The notes below the pieces were generated by a model. It saw nothing but the letters and a program-made list of their open reading frames with translations. It did no database searches and had not been told where the DNA came from. Source: an uncultured Acidobacteriota bacterium (GTDB taxonomy: Bacteria; Acidobacteriota; Thermoanaerobaculia; Multivoradales; UBA5704). Taken from it: a stretch of 64,000 nucleotides of DNA. The stretch is taken from NCBI GenBank assembly GCA_963770895.1, contig CAVYRF010000001.1, forward strand, positions 2,016,001 to 2,080,000, read 5' to 3'. Positions 18,062 through 26,663 of this stretch are shown piece after piece. Position 1 is the first letter of the stretch, and every line of letters begins with the position of its first letter. A program made the translations under genes and the position numbers.

Positions 18062-19516
18062 ATGCCGCACGAGCACGAGGTGCGCTCTCACGAGCGCTGG
18101 GCGCATCTGCGCTTTGCTGTTGTCGGGCCGCTGCTGGCCTCGCCGCCGGCAGCCGGCGAGCTCCAGACGGAGCTGTCCCGTCTGGCGTCGAGACTCTGGC
18201 AGCATCCGGTCTCCGGTCAGCCGGTGCGCTTTGCCGTCTCGACGATCGAGCGCTGGTACTACCAGGCCCGACACGGCAACGACCCGGTGGCCGTCTTGCG
18301 CCGCAAGATCCGCAGCGACAGCGGCCAGCAGCAGGCCCTCAGCGCTGAGCTCGGAGAGGCGCTGCGACGCCAGCATGCAGCCCATCCGAGCTGGAGCTAC
18401 CAGCTGCACCTCGACAATCTGGCCGTCCTGGTCGCCGAGCAGTCGAACTGGGGTCCACTGCCGTCCTACGCCAGCCTGCGGCGCTACATGGTGGTGCATG
18501 GCTGGCTGCGACGCCGGCGAGTGCCGCGTGGCCAGCGCCCGGGAGAGCGCCTGGCCGAAGAGCGCCGAGAGGCGCGCGAGACGCGCAGCTACGAGGCTGA
18601 GTACGTCGGCGGCCTCTGGCATCTGGACTTCCATCACGGATCGCTGAAGATCCTCAATGCGCAGGGCGAGTGGGTGCAGCCGGTGCTGCTGGCGATCCTC
18701 GACGATCGATCGCGACTGCTCTGCCACGCCCAGTGGTATCTGAGCGAAACCGCCGCGAGTCTGGTGCACGGCCTGGTGCAGGCCTTTCAAAAGCGCGGTC
18801 TGCCGCGGGCGCTGCTGACCGACAACGGCGGCCCGATGCTTGCGGCCGAAACCACCCAAGGTCTACAACGCCTCGCCGTCGTCCACTCCACCACGCTCTC
18901 GTACTCCCCGCATCAGAACGGCAAGCAAGAGGTGTTCTGGGTGCAGGTCGAAGGCCGGCTGCTGGCCATGCTCGAAGATCAGCCTGACCTGACGCTGGGC
19001 CTGCTCAACGAGGCCACGCTCGCCTGGGTGGAGATGGAGTACCAGCGGACCCGGCACTCCGAGACCGGCCAGGCCCCGCTGACGCGCTGGCTCGATGGCC
19101 CCACGGTGATCCGTCCTTGTCCAGAGACCAACGACCTCCGCTTCGCCTTCACCGCTGCGGCCGAACGCACTCAGCGTCAGAGCGACGGCACCCTCAGCCT
19201 CGACGGCACCCGCTTCGAGGTCCCCGGCCGCTTTCGCCACCTGCGGCGGCTGGCGCTACGGTATGCGAGCTGGGATCTGCGCTCGGTCTGGCTCGTCGAC
19301 CCACGCACCGGCGTCGCTCTCGAGCGGCTCTATCCTCTCGACCGCACCCGAAACTCCGAGGGCGTAAGACGCCCGCTCGCACCGCCGTCGCTACCGACCG
19401 CGGAGATCACTGCCCAGCCCGGCGGCATCGCGCCGCTGCTGCGCCAGCTCATGGCCGACTACGCCGCCACCGGCCTGCCTCCCGCTTACATCGCCTACGA
19501 CGAGGAGCACACATGA
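18062..19516 (+). CDS. DDE transposase (rve core with Mu-like C-terminal domain)
   Basis: LWHLDFHH, ILDDRSRL, LLTDNGG, PHQNGKQEVFW (D-D-E); N-terminal HTH STIERWYY; C-terminal DGTLSLDGTRFEVP; GGAGG RBS. Confidence 0.92.
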   Translation: MPHEHEVRSHERWAHLRFAVVGPLLASPPAAGELQTELSRLASRLWQHPVSGQPVRFAVSTIERWYYQARHGNDPVAVLRRKIRSDSGQQQALSAELGEALRRQHAAHPSWSYQLHLDNLAVLVAEQSNWGPLPSYASLRRYMVVHGWLRRRRVPRGQRPGERLAEERREARETRSYEAEYVGGLWHLDFHHGSLKILNAQGEWVQPVLLAILDDRSRLLCHAQWYLSETAASLVHGLVQAFQKRGLPRALLTDNGGPMLAAETTQGLQRLAVVHSTTLSYSPHQNGKQEVFWVQVEGRLLAMLEDQPDLTLGLLNEATLAWVEMEYQRTRHSETGQAPLTRWLDGPTVIRPCPETNDLRFAFTAAAERTQRQSDGTLSLDGTRFEVPGRFRHLRRLALRYASWDLRSVWLVDPRTGVALERLYPLDRTRNSEGVRRPLAPPSLPTAEITAQPGGIAPLLRQLMADYAATGLPPAYIAYDEEHT

Positions 19517-20373
19517 TGACCCGCAACCTGCTGGCCCTATTCGGCGTCAAGTGGAATCCGTTCTCACCCGACATTCCGATCGAGGCGCTTTGGCGCACCC
19601 CCAAGATCGAGCACTTCTGCTGGCGGCTCGAAAACCTGGCGCGCGAGGGCGGCTTCGCCCTGATCACCGGCGATCCCGGAACGGGCAAGTCCGTCGCCCT
19701 CCGCGCTCTCGCCCACCATCTCGCCGCGCTGCCCGACGTCACCATCGGTGTCCTCAGCCGGCCGCAGAGCGCTCTCGGTGACTTCTACCGCGAGATGGGA
19801 CAGCTCTTCGGCCTCGCGCTCTCTCCCCACAACCGCTGGGGCGGCTTCAAGATCCTCCGGGAAAGCTGGCTTGCCCACGTCGAAGCCACCCGCTGCCGCC
19901 CCGTGCTGCTCGTCGACGAAGCTCAGGAGATGCCCGCTGCCGTCCTCGCCGAAATCCGCATCCTTGCCGCCACCGAGTTTGATTCGCGCTCGATCCTCAC
20001 CGTCGTGCTCTGCGGCGACAGCCGCCTAACGCAACAATTCCGCAGTGATGAGCTGCTGCCCATCGCCAGCCGCATCCGCGCTCGCTTGACGCTCGACTAT
20101 CTCACTCCCAAGGAGCTGCTCGATTGGCTCCAGCACGCCCTCGCCCAGGCCGGCAATCCCCAGCTGCTCACCTCCGAGGTCAAGACCACCTTGGCCGAAC
20201 ACGCGGCCGGCAACCTGCGCGTCCTCACCACCCTGGGCAATGAGCTGCTCGCACTCGCCGCTCACCGACAGCTCGCCCAGATCGATCAAAAACTCTATCT
20301 CGAAGTCTTCGCCTCGCAACCCCGACCCAAACTCAAAGCCCAAACCCCAGGCAGCAAGCACCCTCGCGCCTGA
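19513..20373 (+). CDS. ExeA/TnsC-like AAA+ ATPase of the transposon
   Basis: ATGA overlap with transposase; Walker A GDPGTGKS, Walker B LLVDEAQ; WNPF N-terminus. Confidence 0.92.
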   Translation: MMTRNLLALFGVKWNPFSPDIPIEALWRTPKIEHFCWRLENLAREGGFALITGDPGTGKSVALRALAHHLAALPDVTIGVLSRPQSALGDFYREMGQLFGLALSPHNRWGGFKILRESWLAHVEATRCRPVLLVDEAQEMPAAVLAEIRILAATEFDSRSILTVVLCGDSRLTQQFRSDELLPIASRIRARLTLDYLTPKELLDWLQHALAQAGNPQLLTSEVKTTLAEHAAGNLRVLTTLGNELLALAAHRQLAQIDQKLYLEVFASQPRPKLKAQTPGSKHPRA

Positions 20374-20416
20374 ACCTTGGCCGGCTCTCGGCTCTCCCGC
20401 CTTCCCGAGAACCACC

Positions 20417-20764
20417 ATGCTCGCTGACGCCTATATCCGCTGCATACTCGACCTCTACCGCAGCACTCCCGATACCCCGGGGCGTGCCCGCCCCGCCGAC
20501 CGCCAACTCGCCGCCTCACTCCACCAACTCGAAATCCCTCTCGATCTTGTCGCCGCCGCGCTCGTCCTTGCCACCGCCCGGCGCAGACACCGCCATCCCC
20601 AAACTCCGCCTCTTCGCCCAATACGCTCGCTTCACTACTTTCTGCCCGTCATCGACGAGCTGATCAACGATCCGCCTCCACGCGCATATTGCGACTACCT
20701 CCGCCGAAGGCTCGAAACCTCTGCCCCCAAACTCATCGCCACGATCGACCATCAAATACCATGA
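20417..20764 (+). CDS. Small transposon-associated hypothetical protein
   Basis: 115-aa ORF MLADAYIRCILDLYRSTPDTPGR...IRSLHYFLPVIDEL inside the element, ending in the right subterminal repeats. Confidence 0.65.
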   Translation: MLADAYIRCILDLYRSTPDTPGRARPADRQLAASLHQLEIPLDLVAAALVLATARRRHRHPQTPPLRPIRSLHYFLPVIDELINDPPPRAYCDYLRRRLETSAPKLIATIDHQIP

Positions 20765-20797
20765 CCGAACCGCCATCAAATACCGCGACCGCTCTCA

Positions 20798-21085
20798 CTG
20801 GGCCGCAGCTTAAGGCGTCCCTGCGCCCGCCCGATCTCCTTCGAGTTTCTTGCCTCGCGCGCACCGCGGCCCCCGTGCGCTTCGCACCCCTGCCGATAGC
20901 GGCCACTCCATCCATCTGCCCTACCAGGGGAATTTGCCCACTCGACCGCGCACTCGCCAAACCCTGAGCCCGCGGTGCGCGCTCGCGCAACAGCCACCCC
21001 TTCGGACACGAACCGGACCGGTTTGCTCCTCCTCACCCTACCCCTGGCGCTGGCCTCCCCGCCAGAACGTCACCGGCGTCGCCGA
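20798..21085. repeat. Dispersed repeat, copy 3 (3' part; 5' part at 17123-17147, split by the transposon)
   Basis: Joining 17147 to 20803 restores a sequence colinear with 26757-27065. Confidence 0.9.
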
Positions 21086-21228
21086 CCAGACAGGAACCAG
21101 TTGCCACGCGGCAGGCTGCGCCCCCGCTACCTGCCTGCCGTAGCCCCCGCTAGCCCGGATCAGATATCCGCAAAATGGAAACTTCTTGGCAAAACCGGGG
21201 CACTGCTGGGCATTCCAGGTAACCGACA

Positions 21229-21256
21229 TTGCGCAAGCAAAGTGTTGGCGTAAAAT
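21229..21256 (+). promoter_or_regulatory. Putative sigma70 promoter of first HTH-TPR gene
   Basis: TTGCGC-N16-TAAAAT in an AT-rich stretch ~110 nt upstream of ATG 21367. Confidence 0.4.
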
Positions 21257-21366
21257 CACCGGCGCTGACAGCGACAACGAATGTTTCCTCGAACGGCGAC
21301 AGCCCCGCATGGGCGACCCAAAAATCTTCTGATGGTGACCACAAACCCGATTGCCGAGGTGCCCTG

Positions 21367-23040
21367 ATGCCCAGGCCCGTTCCGTCGCCGCTCGCGATCG
21401 CCCTCACCTGGTTGCGCGAGCGCTCGGCCTGGACCCAGCGGGATCTCGCGTTGGCAGTCGGCGGGAGCTCGGTCAGTATCAGCAAGTACGAGAACGGTCA
21501 GCAGACGCTGAAACGTGAGCGGCTCGACCAGCTGGCAGCCGCCCTGGGCTACGGCCTTGCCGACGTCGATCTAGCGCTTCTCACCGTCACCGCGCTCGAC
21601 CCCGCCGCCGCAGCTACGCCCCAGGCCACTCACCCCCAACTGACCAGCCGCCAACACGGGGTCAGGGTTCGGCTCACCAAGTACGAGAGGGGCCAACGGC
21701 CGCTGAAGCGTGAGCGGCTCGATCAGCTGGCAGCCACCCTGGGCCACGACCCTGCCGACGTCGATCTGGCGCTCCTCACCATAGCCGCGCTCGACCCTAC
21801 CGCCGCGGCCGCGCCGCAGGCTCCACTGGAACATCCGGGCGCCATTCCCCCCCTGCTGGCCCGCCTCAGCCGCCGGGCCGGGGTCCGCTTTGCCATCGAA
21901 GCCGCCACTCTGGCCCAGTCATGCTGGCAGCCTCAGCTGGCCGCCCGTCGCATCGCCCAGGACCGAGCCCAGGCCGGCGACCTGTGGCAGCAGCTGGCGC
22001 GCGTCACCCCCGCGCAGCGCCGCCTCCTGGTCGAGCGCACCCTGGAGTTCCAAGGCTGGGCGCTCGCCGAGCGCCTGGCCGAGGAGAGCCGGCGTGCTGC
22101 GCCCAAGAACGCCGCTACCGCGCTGGAGCTGGCGCAGCTCGCCGTGGCGGCGGCCCGTCGCGCCGGCGGGTCCGACGCCTGGCTCAGCCGTCTGGAGGGC
22201 TACATCCGGGCGTTCCTGGCCAACGCCCTGCGTGTCCAGGGGAGCCTGTCCAGCGCCGGCGCCGAGTGGCAGACCGTCTGGCGCCTCTGGCACGCCGGCA
22301 CCGCGGGCGACCCCGCCGCCGTGCTACCGGAGTGGCGCCTGCTCGACCTGGAGGCTTCCCTGCGTCGCGATGCGCGCCAGTTTGCCGCCGCCCTGGACCT
22401 ACTCGATCGCGCCGCCGCGGCGGCTCCCAGCTCCGCAGCGGGGCGTATCTTGGTGAATCGCGCTTCGACCCTGGAACAGGCGGGCGACCTTCGGGGCGCC
22501 GTGGCCACGTTGCGGCAAGCTGAACCTATCGTTAATGAGACGCGCGAGCCGCGTCTGCAATGGCTGCTTGCGTTCAATTTCAGCGTCAACCTCTGTCATC
22601 TCGGTGGCTTCGCCGAGGCGGCATTGCAGCTGCCCAAGCTGCGGCAGCTCACGCTCAACCTCGGCAATGACTTGGACCTGGTGCGCGTCGTTTGGTTGAG
22701 CGGTCGTGTTGCGGCCGGCATGGGCAGCAGGCAGGATGCATGCGTCGCCTTTGAGGAAGTGCGGGACCAGCTGGCGGCGCGCCGCGATGGCTTCGGCACC
22801 GCCATGGTATCGCTTGAGCTGGCAGTTCTCTACTTGGAAGACGGGCGTCTTGGCGAGGTGCGCCGCCTCGCCATGCAGATGAGCTGGATCCTCGCCGCCG
22901 AGGGATTGGAGCGCGAGGTCCTCGCCGGCCTGCAGCTCTTCTGCGAGGCGGCCCGCCGCGAGGCCGCCACGATCGAGCAAGCGCGCACGGTGCTGTGCCA
23001 GCTTGGCCCCGCACCCCATTTTGGCGCCGGTGCGCTGTGA
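21367..23040 (+). CDS. XRE-family HTH + TPR-like helical regulator (copy 1, with internal duplication of the HTH second half)
   Basis: LRERSAWTQRDLALAVGGSSVSISKYENG is an HTH_3 signature; Ala/Leu-rich helical repeats; GAGGT RBS; strongly similar to 23722-25239 (EWRLLDLEASLRRDARQF, LGNDLDLVRVVWLSGR). Confidence 0.88.
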   Translation: MPRPVPSPLAIALTWLRERSAWTQRDLALAVGGSSVSISKYENGQQTLKRERLDQLAAALGYGLADVDLALLTVTALDPAAAATPQATHPQLTSRQHGVRVRLTKYERGQRPLKRERLDQLAATLGHDPADVDLALLTIAALDPTAAAAPQAPLEHPGAIPPLLARLSRRAGVRFAIEAATLAQSCWQPQLAARRIAQDRAQAGDLWQQLARVTPAQRRLLVERTLEFQGWALAERLAEESRRAAPKNAATALELAQLAVAAARRAGGSDAWLSRLEGYIRAFLANALRVQGSLSSAGAEWQTVWRLWHAGTAGDPAAVLPEWRLLDLEASLRRDARQFAAALDLLDRAAAAAPSSAAGRILVNRASTLEQAGDLRGAVATLRQAEPIVNETREPRLQWLLAFNFSVNLCHLGGFAEAALQLPKLRQLTLNLGNDLDLVRVVWLSGRVAAGMGSRQDACVAFEEVRDQLAARRDGFGTAMVSLELAVLYLEDGRLGEVRRLAMQMSWILAAEGLEREVLAGLQLFCEAARREAATIEQARTVLCQLGPAPHFGAGAL

Positions 23041-23113
23041 AGCACCCAGCCCGAGCGGCGGAGTTCACGTCTACTCTCACTGCTGACCCGCTGCAACAGG
23101 CGATACCGCCCGT

Positions 23114-23330
23114 TCAGTGCGGCGTAACTACGTTCGTGCAACGCCCATCAGGTGGCGGGCGGCGTGACCGCGTTGATGCAGCGCCCATCTGGATCCGCCG
23201 TGCAGGTTGCTTGCGGCTTAACCACGTTCGTGCAGAGGCCGTTCGGGTCTCCCGTGCAAGTTGCCTGCGGCTTAACCGCGCTCGTGCAGAGGCTGCTCGG
23301 GTCCATTCCGCAGGTGGCCTGCGGCCTCAC
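23114..23330 (-). repeat. 54-bp tandem repeat (three full units plus a fourth with a 14-nt deletion)
   Basis: Units begin at 23330, 23276, 23222 and 23168 on the minus strand. Confidence 0.85.
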
Positions 23331-23573
23331 CCGCGAGGGCGAGCGCCGCAGTGGCAGTTGGGCGCTGCTGGAGGGCCGCCCCGCCCACGGCCAAATTGCG
23401 CTCAGCCACCGGCCCAACTGGGCCACGACATCGACACCAGGGCCACCTGGGGAGCCAGGAAAGCTGAGGCCGGCAGCCGAAGTGGCTGCTACGGAGCTGG
23501 ATACGTTCGTCCAACCTGCCACAGCAAGGACGGCGGCCGCGACGGCAATGCGACGGGGGATTCTTGGACGCAT
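23148..23573 (-). CDS. Secreted peptide precursor with tandem 18-aa Cys-x-x-DPx(G/S)-x-Cys cores
   Basis: Signal peptide MRPRIPRRIAVAAAVLAVAG..., W-rich spacer LGRWLSAIWPW, cores VRPQATCGMDPSSLCTSA / VKPQATCTGDPNGLCTNV / VKPQATCTADPDGRCINA; AAAGGA RBS. Confidence 0.8.
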   Translation of the reverse strand: MRPRIPRRIAVAAAVLAVAGWTNVSSSVAATSAAGLSFPGSPGGPGVDVVAQLGRWLSAIWPWAGRPSSSAQLPLRRSPSRVRPQATCGMDPSSLCTSAVKPQATCTGDPNGLCTNVVKPQATCTADPDGRCINAVTPPAT

Positions 23574-23639
23574 AGGGAAGTCCTTTCGTGGGGCGCTGCC
23601 GCTCGCGGCCGGAATTGGCCGGGGGCGGCCCGCGTCCCT

Positions 23640-23686
23640 GACAATCCGCTGCCGGTACGATTGTCGAGGTTAAAAATATACTTTTT
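23640..23686. promoter_or_regulatory. Divergent control region between peptide gene and HTH-TPR gene
   Basis: Inverted repeat GACAATC-N12-GATTGTC (23640-23665) and quasi-palindrome AAAAATATACTTTTT (23672-23686). Confidence 0.5.
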
Positions 23687-23721
23687 CCGAGTACGGTATT
23701 CACGCGGGGAGGATTGCACGC

Positions 23722-25239
23722 ATGGCATCGCCAGGGCTTGACGACCAAGGGTTGCTTCTCCAGTGGCTGCGCGCAGTCCGGGGCTGGGACCAAAGCCAGC
23801 TTGGAGCGGCGGTCGGCATCTCGCAAGCCTCGATCTCTCGCTACGAGAAAGGAGAGGTGCCAGTACGGCCAGAAGCGCTGGAGCGCATCACCGCCGCCGT
23901 AGGACTGCCGGTCTGGTTCGTGAAGCGCTACTTGGTGCCCGTTTTTCGTGCCACCCGCAGTCTTTCGGCGACCGTGGCGACCAGCCCCTCATCGGGTGCC
24001 CACCCCCCGCTTGCCCAAGACCATAAACCCCTCGACGGGGGCGTCCTGGAGGCGGCTCTACGCGCGATGCTTGACGGGGCGCTGGCCGAGGTCGAGGCGG
24101 CGGCCATAGCTGCGGCAAACCAGAGAAGCACCCCCCGGCCCTTGCCGTCGCCGCGCGACCGCGAGGACGCCGCGCGCGCCTGGGACCGTCTGGCGCCCTG
24201 CGCCGCGGCTGACCGCCAATGGCTGGTTGAGCGGTGCGCCGAGTTCCACCTGTGGGCGCTGGCCGAGCGGCTCTGTGACGAGAGCGCGCGAGCGGCGCCC
24301 CAAGAGGCGGCAGCAGCCCTCGACCTGGCCCGCCTCGCCCTTACCGTGGCGCAGCGCACCGGCGGTGCTGAGCCCTGGCGCCGGCGCTTGCAAGGTTACG
24401 CGCGGGCCTTCCTGGCCAACGTATTGCGCGTCACCGGTGAGCTGGTGGCGGCCGGAGCTGAATTCGCAAAGGCTTGGGAGCTGTGGCGCTCCAGCGGCGA
24501 GGGCGACCCCGCCGGCCTGCTGGAAGAGTGGCGCCTGCTCGACCTGGAAGCCTCCCTGCGGCGCGACGCCCGGCAATTCCACGACGCGCTCGATCTGTTG
24601 GAGCGCGCCGCGGCCGTAGCGCCGCCGCGCGCCCTTGGCGGCATCCTGCTCAACAAGGCGTCCACCCTGGAGCAGGCAGGCGACCCGGCGGGCGCTCTCG
24701 CCGTCCTGCGGCAGGCCGCGCCGCTGGTCGCGAGCAGCGACGCACCCCGCCTGCACTGGATATTGGACTTCAACCTGTGCGTCAACCTCTGCCATCTCCG
24801 CCAATTCGCCGAGGCCGAGGCACAGCTGCCGCGCCTCCGCCAGCTCGCCCTGGACCTGGGCAACGACCTGGACCTGGTGCGTGTCGTCTGGCTGAGCGGC
24901 CGCACGGCCGCGGGCTCCGGCCGCCGCGCCGAGGCGTGCGCCGCCTTCGAGCAGGTGCGCGGGGAGCTCACGATCAGGAAGGACGCCTTCGGCACCGCCA
25001 TGGTCTCGCTGGAGCTGGCGCAGCTCTACCTGGACGAGGGCCGCACCGCCGAAGTGCGCGAGCTCGCCGCGGAAATGGCGTGGGTCCTTGCCGCCAAAGG
25101 CCTGGAGCGCGAAGCGTTGGCCGCCCTGCGCCTGTTCTGCGATGCCGCCCAGCGTGAGGCGGCGACCCTCGATCAGGTGCGGCGGGTGCTGGGCCAGCTG
25201 GAGCGCACCGCCGTCCTGCCGCGTCCCGCCGCTCTCTGA
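23722..25239 (+). CDS. XRE-family HTH + TPR-like helical regulator (copy 2)
   Basis: LRAVRGWDQSQLGAAVGISQASISRYEKG HTH_3 signature; GGAGG RBS; paralog of 21367-23040. Confidence 0.9.
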   Translation: MASPGLDDQGLLLQWLRAVRGWDQSQLGAAVGISQASISRYEKGEVPVRPEALERITAAVGLPVWFVKRYLVPVFRATRSLSATVATSPSSGAHPPLAQDHKPLDGGVLEAALRAMLDGALAEVEAAAIAAANQRSTPRPLPSPRDREDAARAWDRLAPCAAADRQWLVERCAEFHLWALAERLCDESARAAPQEAAAALDLARLALTVAQRTGGAEPWRRRLQGYARAFLANVLRVTGELVAAGAEFAKAWELWRSSGEGDPAGLLEEWRLLDLEASLRRDARQFHDALDLLERAAAVAPPRALGGILLNKASTLEQAGDPAGALAVLRQAAPLVASSDAPRLHWILDFNLCVNLCHLRQFAEAEAQLPRLRQLALDLGNDLDLVRVVWLSGRTAAGSGRRAEACAAFEQVRGELTIRKDAFGTAMVSLELAQLYLDEGRTAEVRELAAEMAWVLAAKGLEREALAALRLFCDAAQREAATLDQVRRVLGQLERTAVLPRPAAL

Positions 25240-25374
25240 CGGCCGCCGCCGGCCCGTTCTCTCCAGTTACAGGGGAGAGCACGACGGCCGTGGTGCGTGC
25301 GAAATCGGCCGCCCCCGTTCCGCCGGCGGCCCGCTCGCGGGCGATCGCCGGCGGGACGGGGGCAAAGGCTAGGC

Positions 25375-26517
25375 CTAGAAGAGCGGCTTACCGTCCGCGG
25401 TTGCGTCCTGCACGGGCTTCCAATGCGCAACCGCCAGGGTTTCAACGGGAATCCGCCAAATCCCGTCTGCTGCGAGCCGTCCACCAAGCCAGAGCTGATC
25501 CGGCGCCAGCGCGGCCGACATGGGGCCGGATGAAACCGTCACTCCTTCGAGCAACACCCGCTCCAAAGTGTTCTGCGAAGGGTTGAAGCGGTCCAGGGCC
25601 ATCCCTTCGGGGCTGGAAACCACCAGGTAGACATAACCATCCCGGCCGCAGACCAGAGCCCGTACGACCCCACGGGCAATCCCAGCAGGGGATTCGGGTG
25701 AGGCGGCGCGGTTCGCACCTTGCGCTGCGCGGTTCCGCCATTCCCGTTCCTGATCCTGCTTTCCAAGCTTCTGCCACTGCAGGTCACCGCTGCCAACCAC
25801 GATTTCATGCTCGGGGGTCTCGGACGAAGAGGAGAGCTTCTGCAAGCGATAGCTGTTCTGCGAAGCGCTCCAGAGCGCCCCACCTTGGCCTGCGCACAGG
25901 AGCGTCTCCGTCTGCGCCCTACCTGCAGCCATCATCTCGAAGGCGCTTGCAGGCTTCTCTTTGAACTGGACAATTGGAGCCGAGACGACGGGCTGCCAGC
26001 GTCCATTCGTGAGAGCGAAAACCCGCGGGACCGTTTTCTTGAAACGATCTGCAGCGTCAGGGGGAGGCCCCAGCGATGTGACGCTGACCAGGGGACCAGA
26101 GGCTGAATAGGCCGCGGAAGAGATGACCCATCGAAGATCGGGAAAGCTCTCTTGCCTGCTGAAATCGCACACCGCCACTTCGCGGGGCGAACTCACGACC
26201 CAGGTCTGTCCTGCCGGATCCTTGGCGGCGGCATAGGCGGGAGCCAGCTGGTGGTCGCAAGCCAGCACACCCAGGCGATGGTCGAAACCTTCATCGGCTC
26301 CCAGGCCGAAAACTTCAAAGGAATCTCCGCGCAGGAGCCAGGGCCGCCCTTGGACATCCGTGGCAAGAAACTGCGTCGTCTCGGCCTTTTCGAGGGCAGG
26401 CGCCGCGACCCGGAGCACTCGCACCCTGGCATACCCAGAAGCATCCTTTGGGGACTGTGGGAGGGCTGCCGCAGGGAGCACCAAGAATATGAAAAAACTA
26501 GCGCTTACGATTCGCAT
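25375..26517 (-). CDS. Secreted hypothetical protein (family C; beta-rich, possibly beta-propeller)
   Basis: Signal peptide MRIVSASFFIFLVLPAAALP; paralog of 15616-16857. Confidence 0.82.
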   Translation of the reverse strand: MRIVSASFFIFLVLPAAALPQSPKDASGYARVRVLRVAAPALEKAETTQFLATDVQGRPWLLRGDSFEVFGLGADEGFDHRLGVLACDHQLAPAYAAAKDPAGQTWVVSSPREVAVCDFSRQESFPDLRWVISSAAYSASGPLVSVTSLGPPPDAADRFKKTVPRVFALTNGRWQPVVSAPIVQFKEKPASAFEMMAAGRAQTETLLCAGQGGALWSASQNSYRLQKLSSSSETPEHEIVVGSGDLQWQKLGKQDQEREWRNRAAQGANRAASPESPAGIARGVVRALVCGRDGYVYLVVSSPEGMALDRFNPSQNTLERVLLEGVTVSSGPMSAALAPDQLWLGGRLAADGIWRIPVETLAVAHWKPVQDATADGKPLF

Positions 26518-26663
26518 ACGTGTCACCTTGCCTCATGCCTATTTTTGGATCTCCTATCGAAAGAGGTGCGGGTAGTCCCTGGGGCCAATGCTGCCGGCGC
26601 TATCAGTCACGAAGCCGTGAAGTCATGGCTTCGCGCCGCACACCGCGACCCGGCCGCCCGGTT

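Larger units (their letters stand above)
17148..20797 (+). mobile_element. Complete 3650-bp transposon/IS (Mu/Tn7/IS21-like DDE transposase + AAA ATPase + two accessory ORFs)
   Basis: Perfect 17-bp terminal IRs TGAGAGCGGTCGCGGTA / TACCGCGACCGCTCTCA; 5-bp TSD CTGGG (17143-17147, 20798-20802); subterminal repeats CCATCAAATACC at 20749 and 20773; uninterrupted target visible at ~26770-26790. Confidence 0.93.

Noticed and set aside
17076-20967. Small ORF running through the repeat (MASASGCALRSLRWGG...PQLKASLRPPDLLRV...)
   Set aside because: Other repeat copies carry frame-breaking indels, so coding is not conserved.
23114-23330. Possible CRISPR array in the 54-bp repeats (also 50696-50920)
   Set aside because: Units are contiguous, in-frame multiples of three without unique spacers, and there are no cas genes.
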